Shown: in pieces, positions 1 through 9,075 of the stretch
Position numbering within the stretch: position 1 is the stretch's first letter
Layout of the letters: each line of letters starts with the position of its first letter
Assembly (NCBI GenBank): GCA_963761305.1
Contig: CAVXGK010000002.1
Span: forward strand, 800,001-864,000
Reading direction: 5' to 3'
DNA length: 64,000 bases
Source of the DNA: an uncultured Gemmatimonadaceae bacterium
GTDB taxonomy: Bacteria; Gemmatimonadota; Gemmatimonadetes; Gemmatimonadales; Gemmatimonadaceae
Notes under the pieces: model-generated
Told to the model about the DNA's origin: nothing
Databases searched by the model: none
What the model saw: the letters and a program-made list of their open reading frames with translations, nothing else
Made by a program: the position numbers and the translations under genes

Positions 1-580
1 ACCCGAACACGCGCACGAAAACCCACGGCTTGGGCCACGTCGCGTCGATCGCGGCGAGCGGCGGCGTCGTCTTCGTCGTGCCGACGGTGAAGTACTCCTC
101 GATGTCGTCGTCCGAGTGCGCCTTGGTGACGTCGGCGAACATCTCGCGCGGGCTCCAGTCGGTCGGCTTGTCCACGCCCGCCGCGTGGGTGAGCTGATCG
201 CCGAGGAGATTGACGAATTCGCGCACGCCCGCCCCGCCGGCGTGATGCTGATGCGTCGTGATGGTGCTCCCGAGTTGCCAGACGGACCGGCCCAGGCGCA
301 CCTGCTGGCCGGGGCCGAGCATCGCCTCGGTGACGGCGTGGCCGTCGACGTATGGGAGCGGCATGGAGAGCGCTCGCACGTGTGCGTGCCCGCCGACGAG
401 CGAGAGCACGACGAAGCGGTCGCCCACGTCGGGGTCGTCGCTCAGCACGTTGCAGGCGATGTCGTGGCCGACGAGCAGCTCGGTCGTCGTGAGCGCGATC
501 CGCTTCCCCTGATCGGGGCCGGAAATGCAACTGAAGAAAACGGGTGCAGCGGTCAGCGGGTCGAATCTGGTCGACGTCAT
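1..580 (-). CDS. Partial CDS running off the window start: degenerate FHA-like N-terminal domain followed by a segment resembling the region preceding PrsW-family intramembrane proteases
   Basis: Not in the ORF track; my translation from CAT at 578-580 gives MTSTRFDPLTAAPVFFSCISGPDQGKRIALTTTELLVGHDIACNVLSDDPDV...LGPGQQVRLGRSVW...EMFADVTKAHSDDDIEEYFTVGTTKTTPPLAAIDATWPKPWVFVRVFG with no stop. The GT..TTP...WPKPW.F.RVF segment is one I recall just before the TM region of PrsW-family proteins; the catalytic part lies outside the window. Confidence 0.65.
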   Translation of the reverse strand, partial: MTSTRFDPLTAAPVFFSCISGPDQGKRIALTTTELLVGHDIACNVLSDDPDVGDRFVVLSLVGGHAHVRALSMPLPYVDGHAVTEAMLGPGQQVRLGRSVWQLGSTITTHQHHAGGAGVREFVNLLGDQLTHAAGVDKPTDWSPREMFADVTKAHSDDDIEEYFTVGTTKTTPPLAAIDATWPKPWVFVRVFG

Positions 581-663
581 ATGCGCCTCACCGGTCTGGC
601 GGTCGCCCAATATGCGCTTGGAGCGGTTTTCGGCGCTACATGCGGTTCACCGGAGGTAGGACG

Positions 664-1242
664 TCATCGAGCGAGGGTGCACGGCGACGCGTGCGCCGGA
701 GACGGCGCGCCGTACGACGAATGGATCAGCCGCACCGCCTTGCCGCCGTCATCGAGCACCAGCACGTAGAGGTTCGAGTACTCATACCCGCACACCTCGG
801 GAATCGCGGGGCCGCCGAGCGCCTGAATGATCGGACCGACGGTCTCGCCGTGGCCCACGACGAGCACCGTCTTGCCGTGCTCGCGGCGCACGGCCTCGGC
901 GACCGCCCGCGCGTGCTGCGCGATGTCGGTTCCATGCGGCACCGTGGTCGGCGTCAACCGACGCGCGTCGGCCAGGGGGCGAGCGGTCTCGCGCGATCGC
1001 CGCAACTCCGTGGTGATGATTGCCTCCACGTCAACGTCGGCGAGTGCGGCCGCCAACGCGTTCGCGCGCGCGACACCGGCCGCCGTCAGCGGCGGGTCGT
1101 CCTTGGGAATCGTGTCCTTGTCGGCGTGCCGCACGACGATGACGACCGTGGCCGCGCGCTGCGCGGAGGCGTCGCGATGCCAAAGAACGCCGAGGACGAG
1201 ACCGAGGACGAGACCGAGAACGAGCCGGCTGCGAAGGCGCAT
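664..1242 (-). CDS. Secreted histidine phosphatase (phosphoglycerate mutase/SixA-like superfamily)
   Basis: Signal peptide ending ASA|Q, RHADK catalytic motif, RSRETA, second His in VLVVGHGET. Confidence 0.85.
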   Translation of the reverse strand: MRLRSRLVLGLVLGLVLGVLWHRDASAQRAATVVIVVRHADKDTIPKDDPPLTAAGVARANALAAALADVDVEAIITTELRRSRETARPLADARRLTPTTVPHGTDIAQHARAVAEAVRREHGKTVLVVGHGETVGPIIQALGGPAIPEVCGYEYSNLYVLVLDDGGKAVRLIHSSYGAPSPAHASPCTLAR

Positions 1243-1298
1243 GGGAGAGGGCGACGAGGTGGGGACGTCACACTATAAGTCCCGTGAGGCACGAACGC

Positions 1299-1327
1299 TT
1301 GAACGGCTTTTCACTGCGGCATAGCTT
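1299..1327 (+). promoter_or_regulatory. Putative sigma70 promoter of icd
   Basis: TTGAAC-N17-TAGCTT ending 35 nt upstream of the icd ATG. Confidence 0.5.
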
Positions 1328-1362
1328 TCGCCGGCTCGATCCATTCAGCCTTTCACAACGTC

Positions 1363-2610
1363 ATGGCGACATACAAGCTCGCGACCGTCCCGTCGGCCGG
1401 CGAACGCATTGCATACGAACGCGGCGTCCTCAAAGTGCCGGACCATCCGATCATCCCGTACGTCGAAGGCGACGGGACGGGGGCCGACATCTGGCGCGCC
1501 TCGGTGCGCGTCTTCGACGCGGCGGTGGAGAAGGCCTACGGCGGCCAGCGGCGCGTCTCGTGGATGGAAGTCTTCGCCGGCGAGAAGGCGTTCACCGCCT
1601 ACCAGGACTGGCTGCCCCAGGAGACCGTGGACGCGATGCAGGAATTTCGCGTCTCCATCAAAGGGCCGCTCACCACGCCGGTCGGCGGCGGCATCCGGTC
1701 GCTGAACGTCACGCTGCGCCAGGTCCTCGACCTCTACGCCTGCATCCGCCCCGTGCGGTGGTTCGAGGGCGTCGGCAGCCCGATGAAGGATCCGGGAAAG
1801 CTCGACATCGTCGTTTTCCGCGAGAACACGGAAGACGTGTACGCCGGCATCGAGTGGAAGGCCGGCTCGCCCGAGGCCGAGAAGCTTCGGCTGTTCATCG
1901 AGCGCGAGTTCAAGAAGTCGATCCGTCCAGAATCGGCGATCGGCATCAAGCCGATGTCGGCCTTCGGATCGAAGCGCCTGATCGAGATGGCGATTCGCTA
2001 TGCGCTCCAACGCGACAAGCCGTCGGTGACGTTGATGCACAAGGGCAACATCATGAAGTTCACCGAGGGGGCGTTCCGCGACTGGGGCTACGAGCTGGCC
2101 CATGACAAGTTCGGCGAGAGCGTCGTGGCCGAGTCGGAGCTGGCGAAGGGCGGAGCGAACGCGCGCGCCGACGCGGTCATCCTCAAGGATCGCATCGCCG
2201 ACTCGATGTTCCAGCAGCTGCTGCTGCGCCCCGATGAGTATTCCGTGATCGCGACGCCGAACCTGAACGGCGACTACATCTCCGACGCCGCGGCGGCGCA
2301 GGTGGGCGGGCTCGGTATCGCGCCGGGCGGCAACGTCGGCGACGGCGTCGCCGTGTTCGAGGCGACGCACGGCACGGCGCCCAAGTACGCGAACCAGGAC
2401 AAGATCAATCCGGGAAGCGTCATCCTCTCGGGTGTGATGATGTTCGAATACATGGGCTGGAACGAAGCGGGCGTGCTCATCACGCGCGGGCTCGAGAACG
2501 CCATCAAGTCGAAACGCGTGACGTACGACCTCGCACGCCAGATGCCGGGTTCGACCGAGGTGTCGACGACGGCGTTCGGGGATCAAATCATAAAAGGAAT
2601 GACGGCATGA
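1363..2610 (+). CDS. icd: Isocitrate dehydrogenase, NADP-dependent dimeric type
   Basis: [42 protein letters not shown] motifs. Confidence 0.97.
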   Translation: MATYKLATVPSAGERIAYERGVLKVPDHPIIPYVEGDGTGADIWRASVRVFDAAVEKAYGGQRRVSWMEVFAGEKAFTAYQDWLPQETVDAMQEFRVSIKGPLTTPVGGGIRSLNVTLRQVLDLYACIRPVRWFEGVGSPMKDPGKLDIVVFRENTEDVYAGIEWKAGSPEAEKLRLFIEREFKKSIRPESAIGIKPMSAFGSKRLIEMAIRYALQRDKPSVTLMHKGNIMKFTEGAFRDWGYELAHDKFGESVVAESELAKGGANARADAVILKDRIADSMFQQLLLRPDEYSVIATPNLNGDYISDAAAAQVGGLGIAPGGNVGDGVAVFEATHGTAPKYANQDKINPGSVILSGVMMFEYMGWNEAGVLITRGLENAIKSKRVTYDLARQMPGSTEVSTTAFGDQIIKGMTA

Positions 2611-2635
2611 CGACGACGCGGACTGCCGCACTCAC

Positions 2636-4114
2636 ATGAAACCAGCGATCTCCGGCGCCGCACCCGACTTCGGAACGCTCGACGTTCCGCTGCTCGTCAT
2701 CGCACTGGCCTCGTCGCCGACGCTCGCGTCGGACCTCGCGCCCGTCGACGCCGCGACGAATGGCGCGCTCGGGCGCGCCATTTCGCGACGCGACTTTCGC
2801 GGCGGCCGCGACGAGACGCTGCACCTCGCCGGCGGAGAGCGCGGAGTTCAGCGCGTGCTGCTCGTCGGCATGGGCACGGTCTCCGACCGCACCAACTCGA
2901 TTCGCCGCGCCGGCGCCATCGCGGCGCGCCAGGCGTCGCGCCTGGGCGTCGGACGTCTCGCGTTCTACGCCGGCGCGGTGAGCGCGACCGAGGTCGAGGC
3001 GGCGGGCGTCGGGCTCGGCATCGGCGCGTGGGACTTCAAGGAGATGAAGACCGCGCCCCCCGCGGATGAACAGCGCGCTCCGCTCGACGAGGTCGTGCTC
3101 CTCGCCGCCGACGCCAACGCGCGCGCGACCGGCGCGCGCGCCGCGACAGCGCTCGGTGAAGGGCTGGCGCTCGCGCGCCGGCTCGGAATGCTGCCGGGCA
3201 ACGTCTGCACGCCCGACTATCTCGCCGACACGGCGCGCGACATCGCCAAGCGGCTCGGCATGCAGACCACCGTTATGGGCCGCGCCGCGATGCAGGAAGC
3301 GAAAATGGGATCGTTCCTCGCCGTCGCGCAGGGGACGACGCAGGAGCCGCGGCTCATCATCCTCGAGTACAAGAAAGGTCCCAAGGACGCGAAGCCGGTC
3401 GTGCTCGTGGGCAAGGGACTCTGCTTCGACTCGGGCGGCATCTCGATCAAGCCGGCGCAGGGCATGGAGTGGATGAAGTTCGACATGTGCGGCGCGGCCG
3501 GCGTGCTCGGTGCCATGGAAGCGATCGGCCGATTGGAACTTCCGATCAACGTCGTGGGTCTCATTGGCTCGACGACCAACATGCCGTCGGGCGAGGCGAT
3601 GAAGCCGGGCGACGTCGTTCAGGCGTCGAACGGAAAGTTCATCGAGATCATCAACACCGACGCCGAAGGACGGCTGGTGCTCGCCGACGTTCTGGCGTTC
3701 GCCAAGCGGATGTCACCCGCCGCGGTGATCGACGCGGCGACGTTGACCGGCGCCTGCGTGATCGCGCTCGGGCACACAGCGACGGGCGTGATGGGCAATC
3801 AAGAACCGCTGGTTCAGGAAGTGTTGGACGCGGCAAAGCGCGCCGGAGAACCCGGCTGGCCGCTGCCGCTGTGGGACGAGTACAAGGACCTGATCAAGTC
3901 CGACGTGGCCGATATCAAGAATTCCGGCGGACGTCCCGCCGGCACCATCACGGCCGCATTGTTCCTCAAGGAATTCGCCGACGACTATCCATGGGTGCAT
4001 CTCGACATCGCCGGAACCGCGTACACCGAGTCGGATCTCGGCACGGTTCCGCGCGGGCCGACGGGCGTGCCCGTAGGAACGTTCGTCGAATTCGTGCGGG
4101 GGCGCGCGCGCTGA
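2636..4114 (+). CDS. pepA: Leucyl aminopeptidase (M17)
   Basis: VGKGLCFDSGG, MKFDMCG, NTDAEGRLVLAD motifs. Confidence 0.96.
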   Translation: MKPAISGAAPDFGTLDVPLLVIALASSPTLASDLAPVDAATNGALGRAISRRDFRGGRDETLHLAGGERGVQRVLLVGMGTVSDRTNSIRRAGAIAARQASRLGVGRLAFYAGAVSATEVEAAGVGLGIGAWDFKEMKTAPPADEQRAPLDEVVLLAADANARATGARAATALGEGLALARRLGMLPGNVCTPDYLADTARDIAKRLGMQTTVMGRAAMQEAKMGSFLAVAQGTTQEPRLIILEYKKGPKDAKPVVLVGKGLCFDSGGISIKPAQGMEWMKFDMCGAAGVLGAMEAIGRLELPINVVGLIGSTTNMPSGEAMKPGDVVQASNGKFIEIINTDAEGRLVLADVLAFAKRMSPAAVIDAATLTGACVIALGHTATGVMGNQEPLVQEVLDAAKRAGEPGWPLPLWDEYKDLIKSDVADIKNSGGRPAGTITAALFLKEFADDYPWVHLDIAGTAYTESDLGTVPRGPTGVPVGTFVEFVRGRAR

Positions 4115-4122
4115 GCCGTTCG

Positions 4123-6051
4123 ATGCACCGCATGATGCTGGTCATCGGCCTCGGCCTGTTGGCCGGGGCCGTTTTTCACGCTCCGGCCGGCGCGCAGGTG
4201 ATCGACACGATCAAACCCAAGGTGCCGCTGCCCCCGGACAGTCTGCACCGCCTGCTCACGCGCGCCGATACAGTGCGCGACAGCATCTACAAGGCCGACT
4301 CGACGCGCCGCGCGCGAATTCGAGCCGACAGCATCAAGTCGCCGATCGCCCACGCCGAGAGTCCGCCGGAATACTCGATCGGGCGACGCCTGTACTGGTC
4401 GCGCGACTCGGTGTTCGCGTCGGGCGCGCTCACCGTGGCCGACCTCCTGGAGCGCGTGGTCGGCATCTCGACATACCGCGGCGGATGGTTGCCGCCGCCG
4501 CAGGTCGCGTCGTATCTCGGAGACGTCCGGCGCGTGCGCGTGTTCTACGACGGAGCCGAGCAGATCTCGCTCGATCCGCGAACCAGCGGCGTACCCGACC
4601 TCACCCAGATCAACCTCTGGTCCGTCGAAGACGCGACCATCGAGCAGTCGGCCGACGAAGTGCGCGTGTACCTGCGGAGTTGGCGAGTCCGCAACACGCA
4701 TCCGGAAACGCGCACCGACGTCTCGACCGGCGATCAGTCGACGAATCTTTATCGCGGCTTCTTCGGCGCGCGGTCGAACGACGGCGCCGCCTTCCAGTTC
4801 GGAGCGCAGCAGTACGGCACGACGCCGCCCGCGCAGTTCGGGAACAGCAGCGATCAAGTCGGCATCATGGTGCGCACCGGGTGGGCGAAGCAGAAGTGGA
4901 GCATCGACGCGTTCGGGCAACGCGTGGGCCGCCATCGCGGTACGATCATCGGCGAGCAGGCGCTCGACGTGCAGGGGGATTCGCTTCCGGAAACTTCATC
5001 GTCGCGCACCGACGCCTACGTTCGCGTCGCCTATGGCGATCCGGACATCGACAAGGCCTGGGGCCAAGTGATGGCGGTGGCGTCGCAGTACCGGTACACG
5101 GGATTTCGGTCGCAGCTCGCCCAATTCCCGACGACTCCGGCCGAGTCGGCGTTGGCGATCGCGTCGCTGGACACCAACAAGTACTTGAAGCAGTACATCG
5201 CGACGGCGGGAACGGTGCAGGGCTACTTCCACGCCAGCGCCACGGCCCGCGTGTTCGCTTCGGCGGGACAAACGCTGTTCACGCCATCGGCTCGGGCCAA
5301 TTTCACGACCGGAATCGTCGACATCTCGGCGTTCGCCGAAGGGAAAAGCACCGACTCCACGGCGCGCGCCGACGTCTCGTTCCGCCTCATGCCGCTCCCG
5401 TTCATCTCGCTGCTCGGCAGCGCCGCCCGCTCGATCGACTACGACGTGCCCGGCGTGCTCGGCCCGACGGGCATTTTGGGCCAGACCAACGTCACCACGA
5501 CCTACCTGCGCGGCGAAGCAGGGCTGCGGCTCGCGGGACTGTGGTTCATCGGCGGCGTGCTGCGGCGCGACAGCGTGCGTCTCGCGCCGGCGATCGAATT
5601 CGACTCGAGCTTCATCGTGCAGCGCGCGCCGGGGGCGACGGGCTACGAGGCGGCGATACGCGGGCACATCTGGGGCCCGCTTCAGGCCGACGCGTGGGGC
5701 ATTCGATGGAACGACTCGACGGGCGCGTATCGGCCGCAGTATCAGACGCGCGCCGAGCTCTTCATCCGCACGAACCTGATCGACAGGTTCCCGTCGAACG
5801 ACTTTGGTCTTGTCGCGTCGCTCGTCCACGAGTACCGGTCGGAAGTCCAGTTTCCGTCGCTCATCTCGAACCAGCCGGCGATCGGAACAGGATACCGGAC
5901 ACTGACGTCGCTCCTCGAGATTCGGATTCTGAGCGCCACGATCTCGTGGCAGTTCCGGAACATGCTGGGAGAGCGCTACTCGGAGATCGGCGGGTTCATC
6001 ATGCCACGGCAGACGAATTTCTACGGCATACGCTGGTCATTCGTCGATTGA
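4123..6051 (+). CDS. Putative outer-membrane protein with plug-like N-terminal region and beta-barrel-like C-terminus
   Basis: ATG 4123 just after the pepA stop; signal peptide ending AGA|Q; plug-like TVADLLERVVGISTYR..VRVFYDG; alternating beta-strand pattern; ends FYGIRWSFVD. Confidence 0.65.
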   Translation: MHRMMLVIGLGLLAGAVFHAPAGAQVIDTIKPKVPLPPDSLHRLLTRADTVRDSIYKADSTRRARIRADSIKSPIAHAESPPEYSIGRRLYWSRDSVFASGALTVADLLERVVGISTYRGGWLPPPQVASYLGDVRRVRVFYDGAEQISLDPRTSGVPDLTQINLWSVEDATIEQSADEVRVYLRSWRVRNTHPETRTDVSTGDQSTNLYRGFFGARSNDGAAFQFGAQQYGTTPPAQFGNSSDQVGIMVRTGWAKQKWSIDAFGQRVGRHRGTIIGEQALDVQGDSLPETSSSRTDAYVRVAYGDPDIDKAWGQVMAVASQYRYTGFRSQLAQFPTTPAESALAIASLDTNKYLKQYIATAGTVQGYFHASATARVFASAGQTLFTPSARANFTTGIVDISAFAEGKSTDSTARADVSFRLMPLPFISLLGSAARSIDYDVPGVLGPTGILGQTNVTTTYLRGEAGLRLAGLWFIGGVLRRDSVRLAPAIEFDSSFIVQRAPGATGYEAAIRGHIWGPLQADAWGIRWNDSTGAYRPQYQTRAELFIRTNLIDRFPSNDFGLVASLVHEYRSEVQFPSLISNQPAIGTGYRTLTSLLEIRILSATISWQFRNMLGERYSEIGGFIMPRQTNFYGIRWSFVD

Positions 6052-6077
6052 CAAATCTTCTTGTCAGTCCGTAGTTT
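6048..6077 (+). promoter_or_regulatory. Putative sigma70 promoter for yicC, overlapped by inverted repeat TGACAA-N6-TTGTCA
   Basis: TTGACA-N18-TAGTTT; the -35 contains the upstream TGA stop. Confidence 0.55.
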
Positions 6078-6089
6078 CGGCCCTGCGAT

Positions 6090-6959
6090 ATGATAAAAAG
6101 CATGACGGGCTTCGGAGCGGCGGACGGCGAGGTCGGCGGCGCGCGGGTGTCCGTCGAAATTCGCTCGGTCAATCATCGTTTCTTCAATCCGTCGATCAAG
6201 CTGCCGGTCGAGCTGAGCCGCTGGGAGCCTGAGGTGCGCGAGGCGATGCGCCGCGGTGTCGCGCGCGGCCACGTATCGCTCACGGCGCGGCTCGCCCGGC
6301 ACGAAGCCGAGGGCACGATCGACGAAGCGCGATTCGGCAGCTACGTGGATCAGATCCGCCGGCTCCAGCAGCGTTTCGCTCTCGAGGGCGCGATCGACGC
6401 CGCGTCGGTGCTGCGTCTTCCACACGTCGTGGCCGCTCCGGCGGACGACACGGCGGGAACCGCGGACGAGTTGGTGAAGATCGTCGATCGCGCGATGCAA
6501 ACGCTCGACACGATGCGCTCAGTTGAAGGAGCGCGACTCACCGGATACGTCGGAGCACGCCTCGGCCTGATCGAGCAGGCGGTGGAGCGCATCGCCGCGC
6601 GTGCGCCGCAGCGTCTCATCGAACAGCGCGATCGGTTGCGTCTGGCCGTGCAGGAACTGGCGGCCGGGGTGGCGATCGACGAGCAGCGAATCGCGCAGGA
6701 GATCGCCGTGCTCGCCGACCGGCTGGACGTGTCGGAGGAGATCAGCCGATTTCACACGCACGTGGCGGCCGTTCGGAACACGCTGGCCGCGCCGCCGACC
6801 GACGGCGTCGGGAAGCGGCTCGGATTTCTCTTGCAGGAGCTGCTCCGCGAAGCCAATACAACGGGCAGCAAGGCGAACGACGCGGCGATCGTGCAGGACG
6901 TCGTACTGATCAAGGAGGAGCTGGAGAAAATCCGCGAGCAGGCGGAGAACCTCGAGTGA
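6090..6959 (+). CDS. yicC: YicC/YloC family endoribonuclease
   Basis: MIKSMTGFG, EIRSVNHRF, GKRLGFLLQELLREANTTGSK, EKIREQAENLE; canonical yicC-gmk-rpoZ order. Confidence 0.95.
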   Translation: MIKSMTGFGAADGEVGGARVSVEIRSVNHRFFNPSIKLPVELSRWEPEVREAMRRGVARGHVSLTARLARHEAEGTIDEARFGSYVDQIRRLQQRFALEGAIDAASVLRLPHVVAAPADDTAGTADELVKIVDRAMQTLDTMRSVEGARLTGYVGARLGLIEQAVERIAARAPQRLIEQRDRLRLAVQELAAGVAIDEQRIAQEIAVLADRLDVSEEISRFHTHVAAVRNTLAAPPTDGVGKRLGFLLQELLREANTTGSKANDAAIVQDVVLIKEELEKIREQAENLE

Positions 6960-7651
6960 CCCAGTACGAGCACCGCGAGGGCGACGACGACAGCGGCGCG
7001 TGGGGGCAGGTGATCTTCCCGATCATCCTGTCGTCGCCGTCGGGAGGCGGAAAGACCACGATCGCGCATCGGTTGCTGGCCCAGCGAACCGACGTCGGCT
7101 ATTCGGTGTCGTGCACGACCCGCGCGCCTCGCCCCAAAGAGCAGGACGGGGTGGACTACCACTTCCTCACCCGCGACGAGTTCCTCGAGCGACGCCGGCT
7201 TGGCGAGTTCATCGAATCGGCTGAGGTGCATGGCAACCTCTACGGCACGCTCCGGCGGGAGATCTCGCGCGTGCTGGCCGCGGGCCGGCACGTCATCATG
7301 GACATCGACGTGCAGGGCGCCCGGCAGATCCGCGACAGCTTTCCGACGGCCGTAAGTGTATTTCTTCTACCGCCTTCTGCCGACGTCCTCCTGGAACGCC
7401 TGAGGCGCCGTCACACCGAGTCCCCCGCGCAGCTCGTCGATAGATTACATTCTGCTCTCCACGAGCTGCGAGCCGTCAACGAGTATCAGTACGTCGTCAT
7501 CAATGACGACCTCGAGCAGGCGGTCGCGCGCGTGGGGGCGATCCTGGACGCCGAAGTCGTGAGCCGGGAACGGATCTTCGGATTGCAGCGCAAGGTCGAG
7601 CAGCTCGTCGGGCGGCTCGAATCGGAAATACAACGCCATTCAACGGGTTGA
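6956..7651 (+). CDS. gmk: Guanylate kinase (start could be GTG 7010)
   Basis: SSPSGGGKTT P-loop, SVSCTTRAPR, GVDYHF, VHGNLYGT. Confidence 0.96.
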   Translation: MTQYEHREGDDDSGAWGQVIFPIILSSPSGGGKTTIAHRLLAQRTDVGYSVSCTTRAPRPKEQDGVDYHFLTRDEFLERRRLGEFIESAEVHGNLYGTLRREISRVLAAGRHVIMDIDVQGARQIRDSFPTAVSVFLLPPSADVLLERLRRRHTESPAQLVDRLHSALHELRAVNEYQYVVINDDLEQAVARVGAILDAEVVSRERIFGLQRKVEQLVGRLESEIQRHSTG

Positions 7652-7655
7652 TCGA

Positions 7656-7865
7656 ATGCGGGTCTTTACGCCGGACGAAATCGCGGGTCACGCCGCGAAC
7701 AAGTACCTGGGAGTGCTCGTCGCCGCGAAGTATGCGCGCGTGCTGAACGAGTTCCCGCGCGACCGTTCGTCGTCGCGCGAAAAGAAGCTCACCACGCGCT
7801 CGCTCGAAGAGCTGGCGAAGGGTGACATCGAGTACCACGTCGTCCCGCGGCGACGCGCCGAGTAG
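7656..7865 (+). CDS. rpoZ: RNA polymerase omega subunit
   Basis: NKYLGVLVAAKYAR motif, size, position between gmk and coaBC. Confidence 0.88.
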   Translation: MRVFTPDEIAGHAANKYLGVLVAAKYARVLNEFPRDRSSSREKKLTTRSLEELAKGDIEYHVVPRRRAE

Positions 7866-9075
7866 TTCCATCCGCCCGTACGCGGGGAGTCGAATCCTCC
7901 TCGGGGTGACGGGAGGCATCGCCAGTTACAAATCGGCCTGGCTGGCACGCCTGCTCACGAAGGCAGGCGCCGAAGTGGACGTCGTGATGACGCGTGCCGC
8001 GACCGAGTTCGTCGGCGCCATCACGTTCGAAGCGCTCACCGGGCGGCCGGTCCACGTCGGCATGTTCGAGCAGGGGCGCGCGCTGGATCACATCGCGCTC
8101 GCGCGAGGTGCCACCGCCATCGTTGTCGCACCAGCGACGGCCGACTTTCTCGCCCGCGCCGCCGCGGGCCAAGCCGACGATCTGCTCACGTCCGTGCTGC
8201 TGGCCGCGAATTGTCCCGTGCTGCTCGTGCCGGCGATGAACGACCACATGTGGGCGCACGCGCAAACGAAGCACAACGTCGCTCACGTCGAGACACTCGG
8301 CTACCGAGTGCTCGAGCCGGACCAGGGCGCGCTCGCGGCGGGCGAGGGAACCGGTCCGGGACGAATGCCCGAGCCGGAGACGATCTTCGCGCACGTTGGG
8401 CGCCTACTCGAGCCGCGCGGCTCGTTGAACGGGAAGCGCGTCGTCGTCACCGCCGGCCCGACGCGCGAAGCGATCGATCCGGTGCGATTCATCTCGAATC
8501 ACAGCAGCGGCAAGATGGGCGTCGCGCTCGCGTCGGCGGCGTGGCGCCGCGGCGCCGACGTCATGCTCGTGTCGGGACCGATGAGCGTCGACCCGCCGGC
8601 GGCGGTCGGCGTGACGACGGTCGAATCAACGGGCGACATGAAAGCCGCGATCGACAGCGCGCTGCCGTCGGCCGACGTGCTGATCATGGCCGCCGCGCCG
8701 GCGGATTTTCGACCGTCGACCGTCGCGCAGTCGAAGATCAAGAAGACCGACGCTCCGGCGCCGATCTCGCTCGCGCCGACGCCGGACATCTTGAAGTCGA
8801 CGCGCGAAAAACGCCGACACGGTTCGATCGTCGTCGGTTTCGCGCTGGAGACGAACGACGCCCTCGCCAACGGCCGCCGCAAACTTGCGTCCAAGGATCT
8901 CGACATGATCGTCGTCAACGACGCGACGGAGCCCGGTGCGGGCTTCGGCACGGACACGAATCGCGTGACGCTCATCGCGCGCGACGGCGCCGAAACCGCG
9001 CTGCCGCTGATGTCGAAGAGTGAAGTCGCCGACGCGATTCTCGATCGTGTGGAGGCGTTGCTCGGTGGACGCTAG
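7822..9075 (+). CDS. coaBC: Bifunctional phosphopantothenoylcysteine decarboxylase/synthetase (start uncertain)
   Basis: LGVTGGIASYK, PAMN, TAGPTREAIDPVRFISNHSSGKMG, VGFALET. Confidence 0.96.
   Translation: MTSSTTSSRGDAPSSSIRPYAGSRILLGVTGGIASYKSAWLARLLTKAGAEVDVVMTRAATEFVGAITFEALTGRPVHVGMFEQGRALDHIALARGATAIVVAPATADFLARAAAGQADDLLTSVLLAANCPVLLVPAMNDHMWAHAQTKHNVAHVETLGYRVLEPDQGALAAGEGTGPGRMPEPETIFAHVGRLLEPRGSLNGKRVVVTAGPTREAIDPVRFISNHSSGKMGVALASAAWRRGADVMLVSGPMSVDPPAAVGVTTVESTGDMKAAIDSALPSADVLIMAAAPADFRPSTVAQSKIKKTDAPAPISLAPTPDILKSTREKRRHGSIVVGFALETNDALANGRRKLASKDLDMIVVNDATEPGAGFGTDTNRVTLIARDGAETALPLMSKSEVADAILDRVEALLGGR

Noticed and set aside
3469..4122. Long N-terminal extensions in the ORF track (860-aa OMP, 887-aa SdhB, 891-aa NuoG, 809-aa ArcC)
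   Set aside because: Extensions overlap upstream genes out of frame; real starts lie at the gene junctions, so these are not fusions
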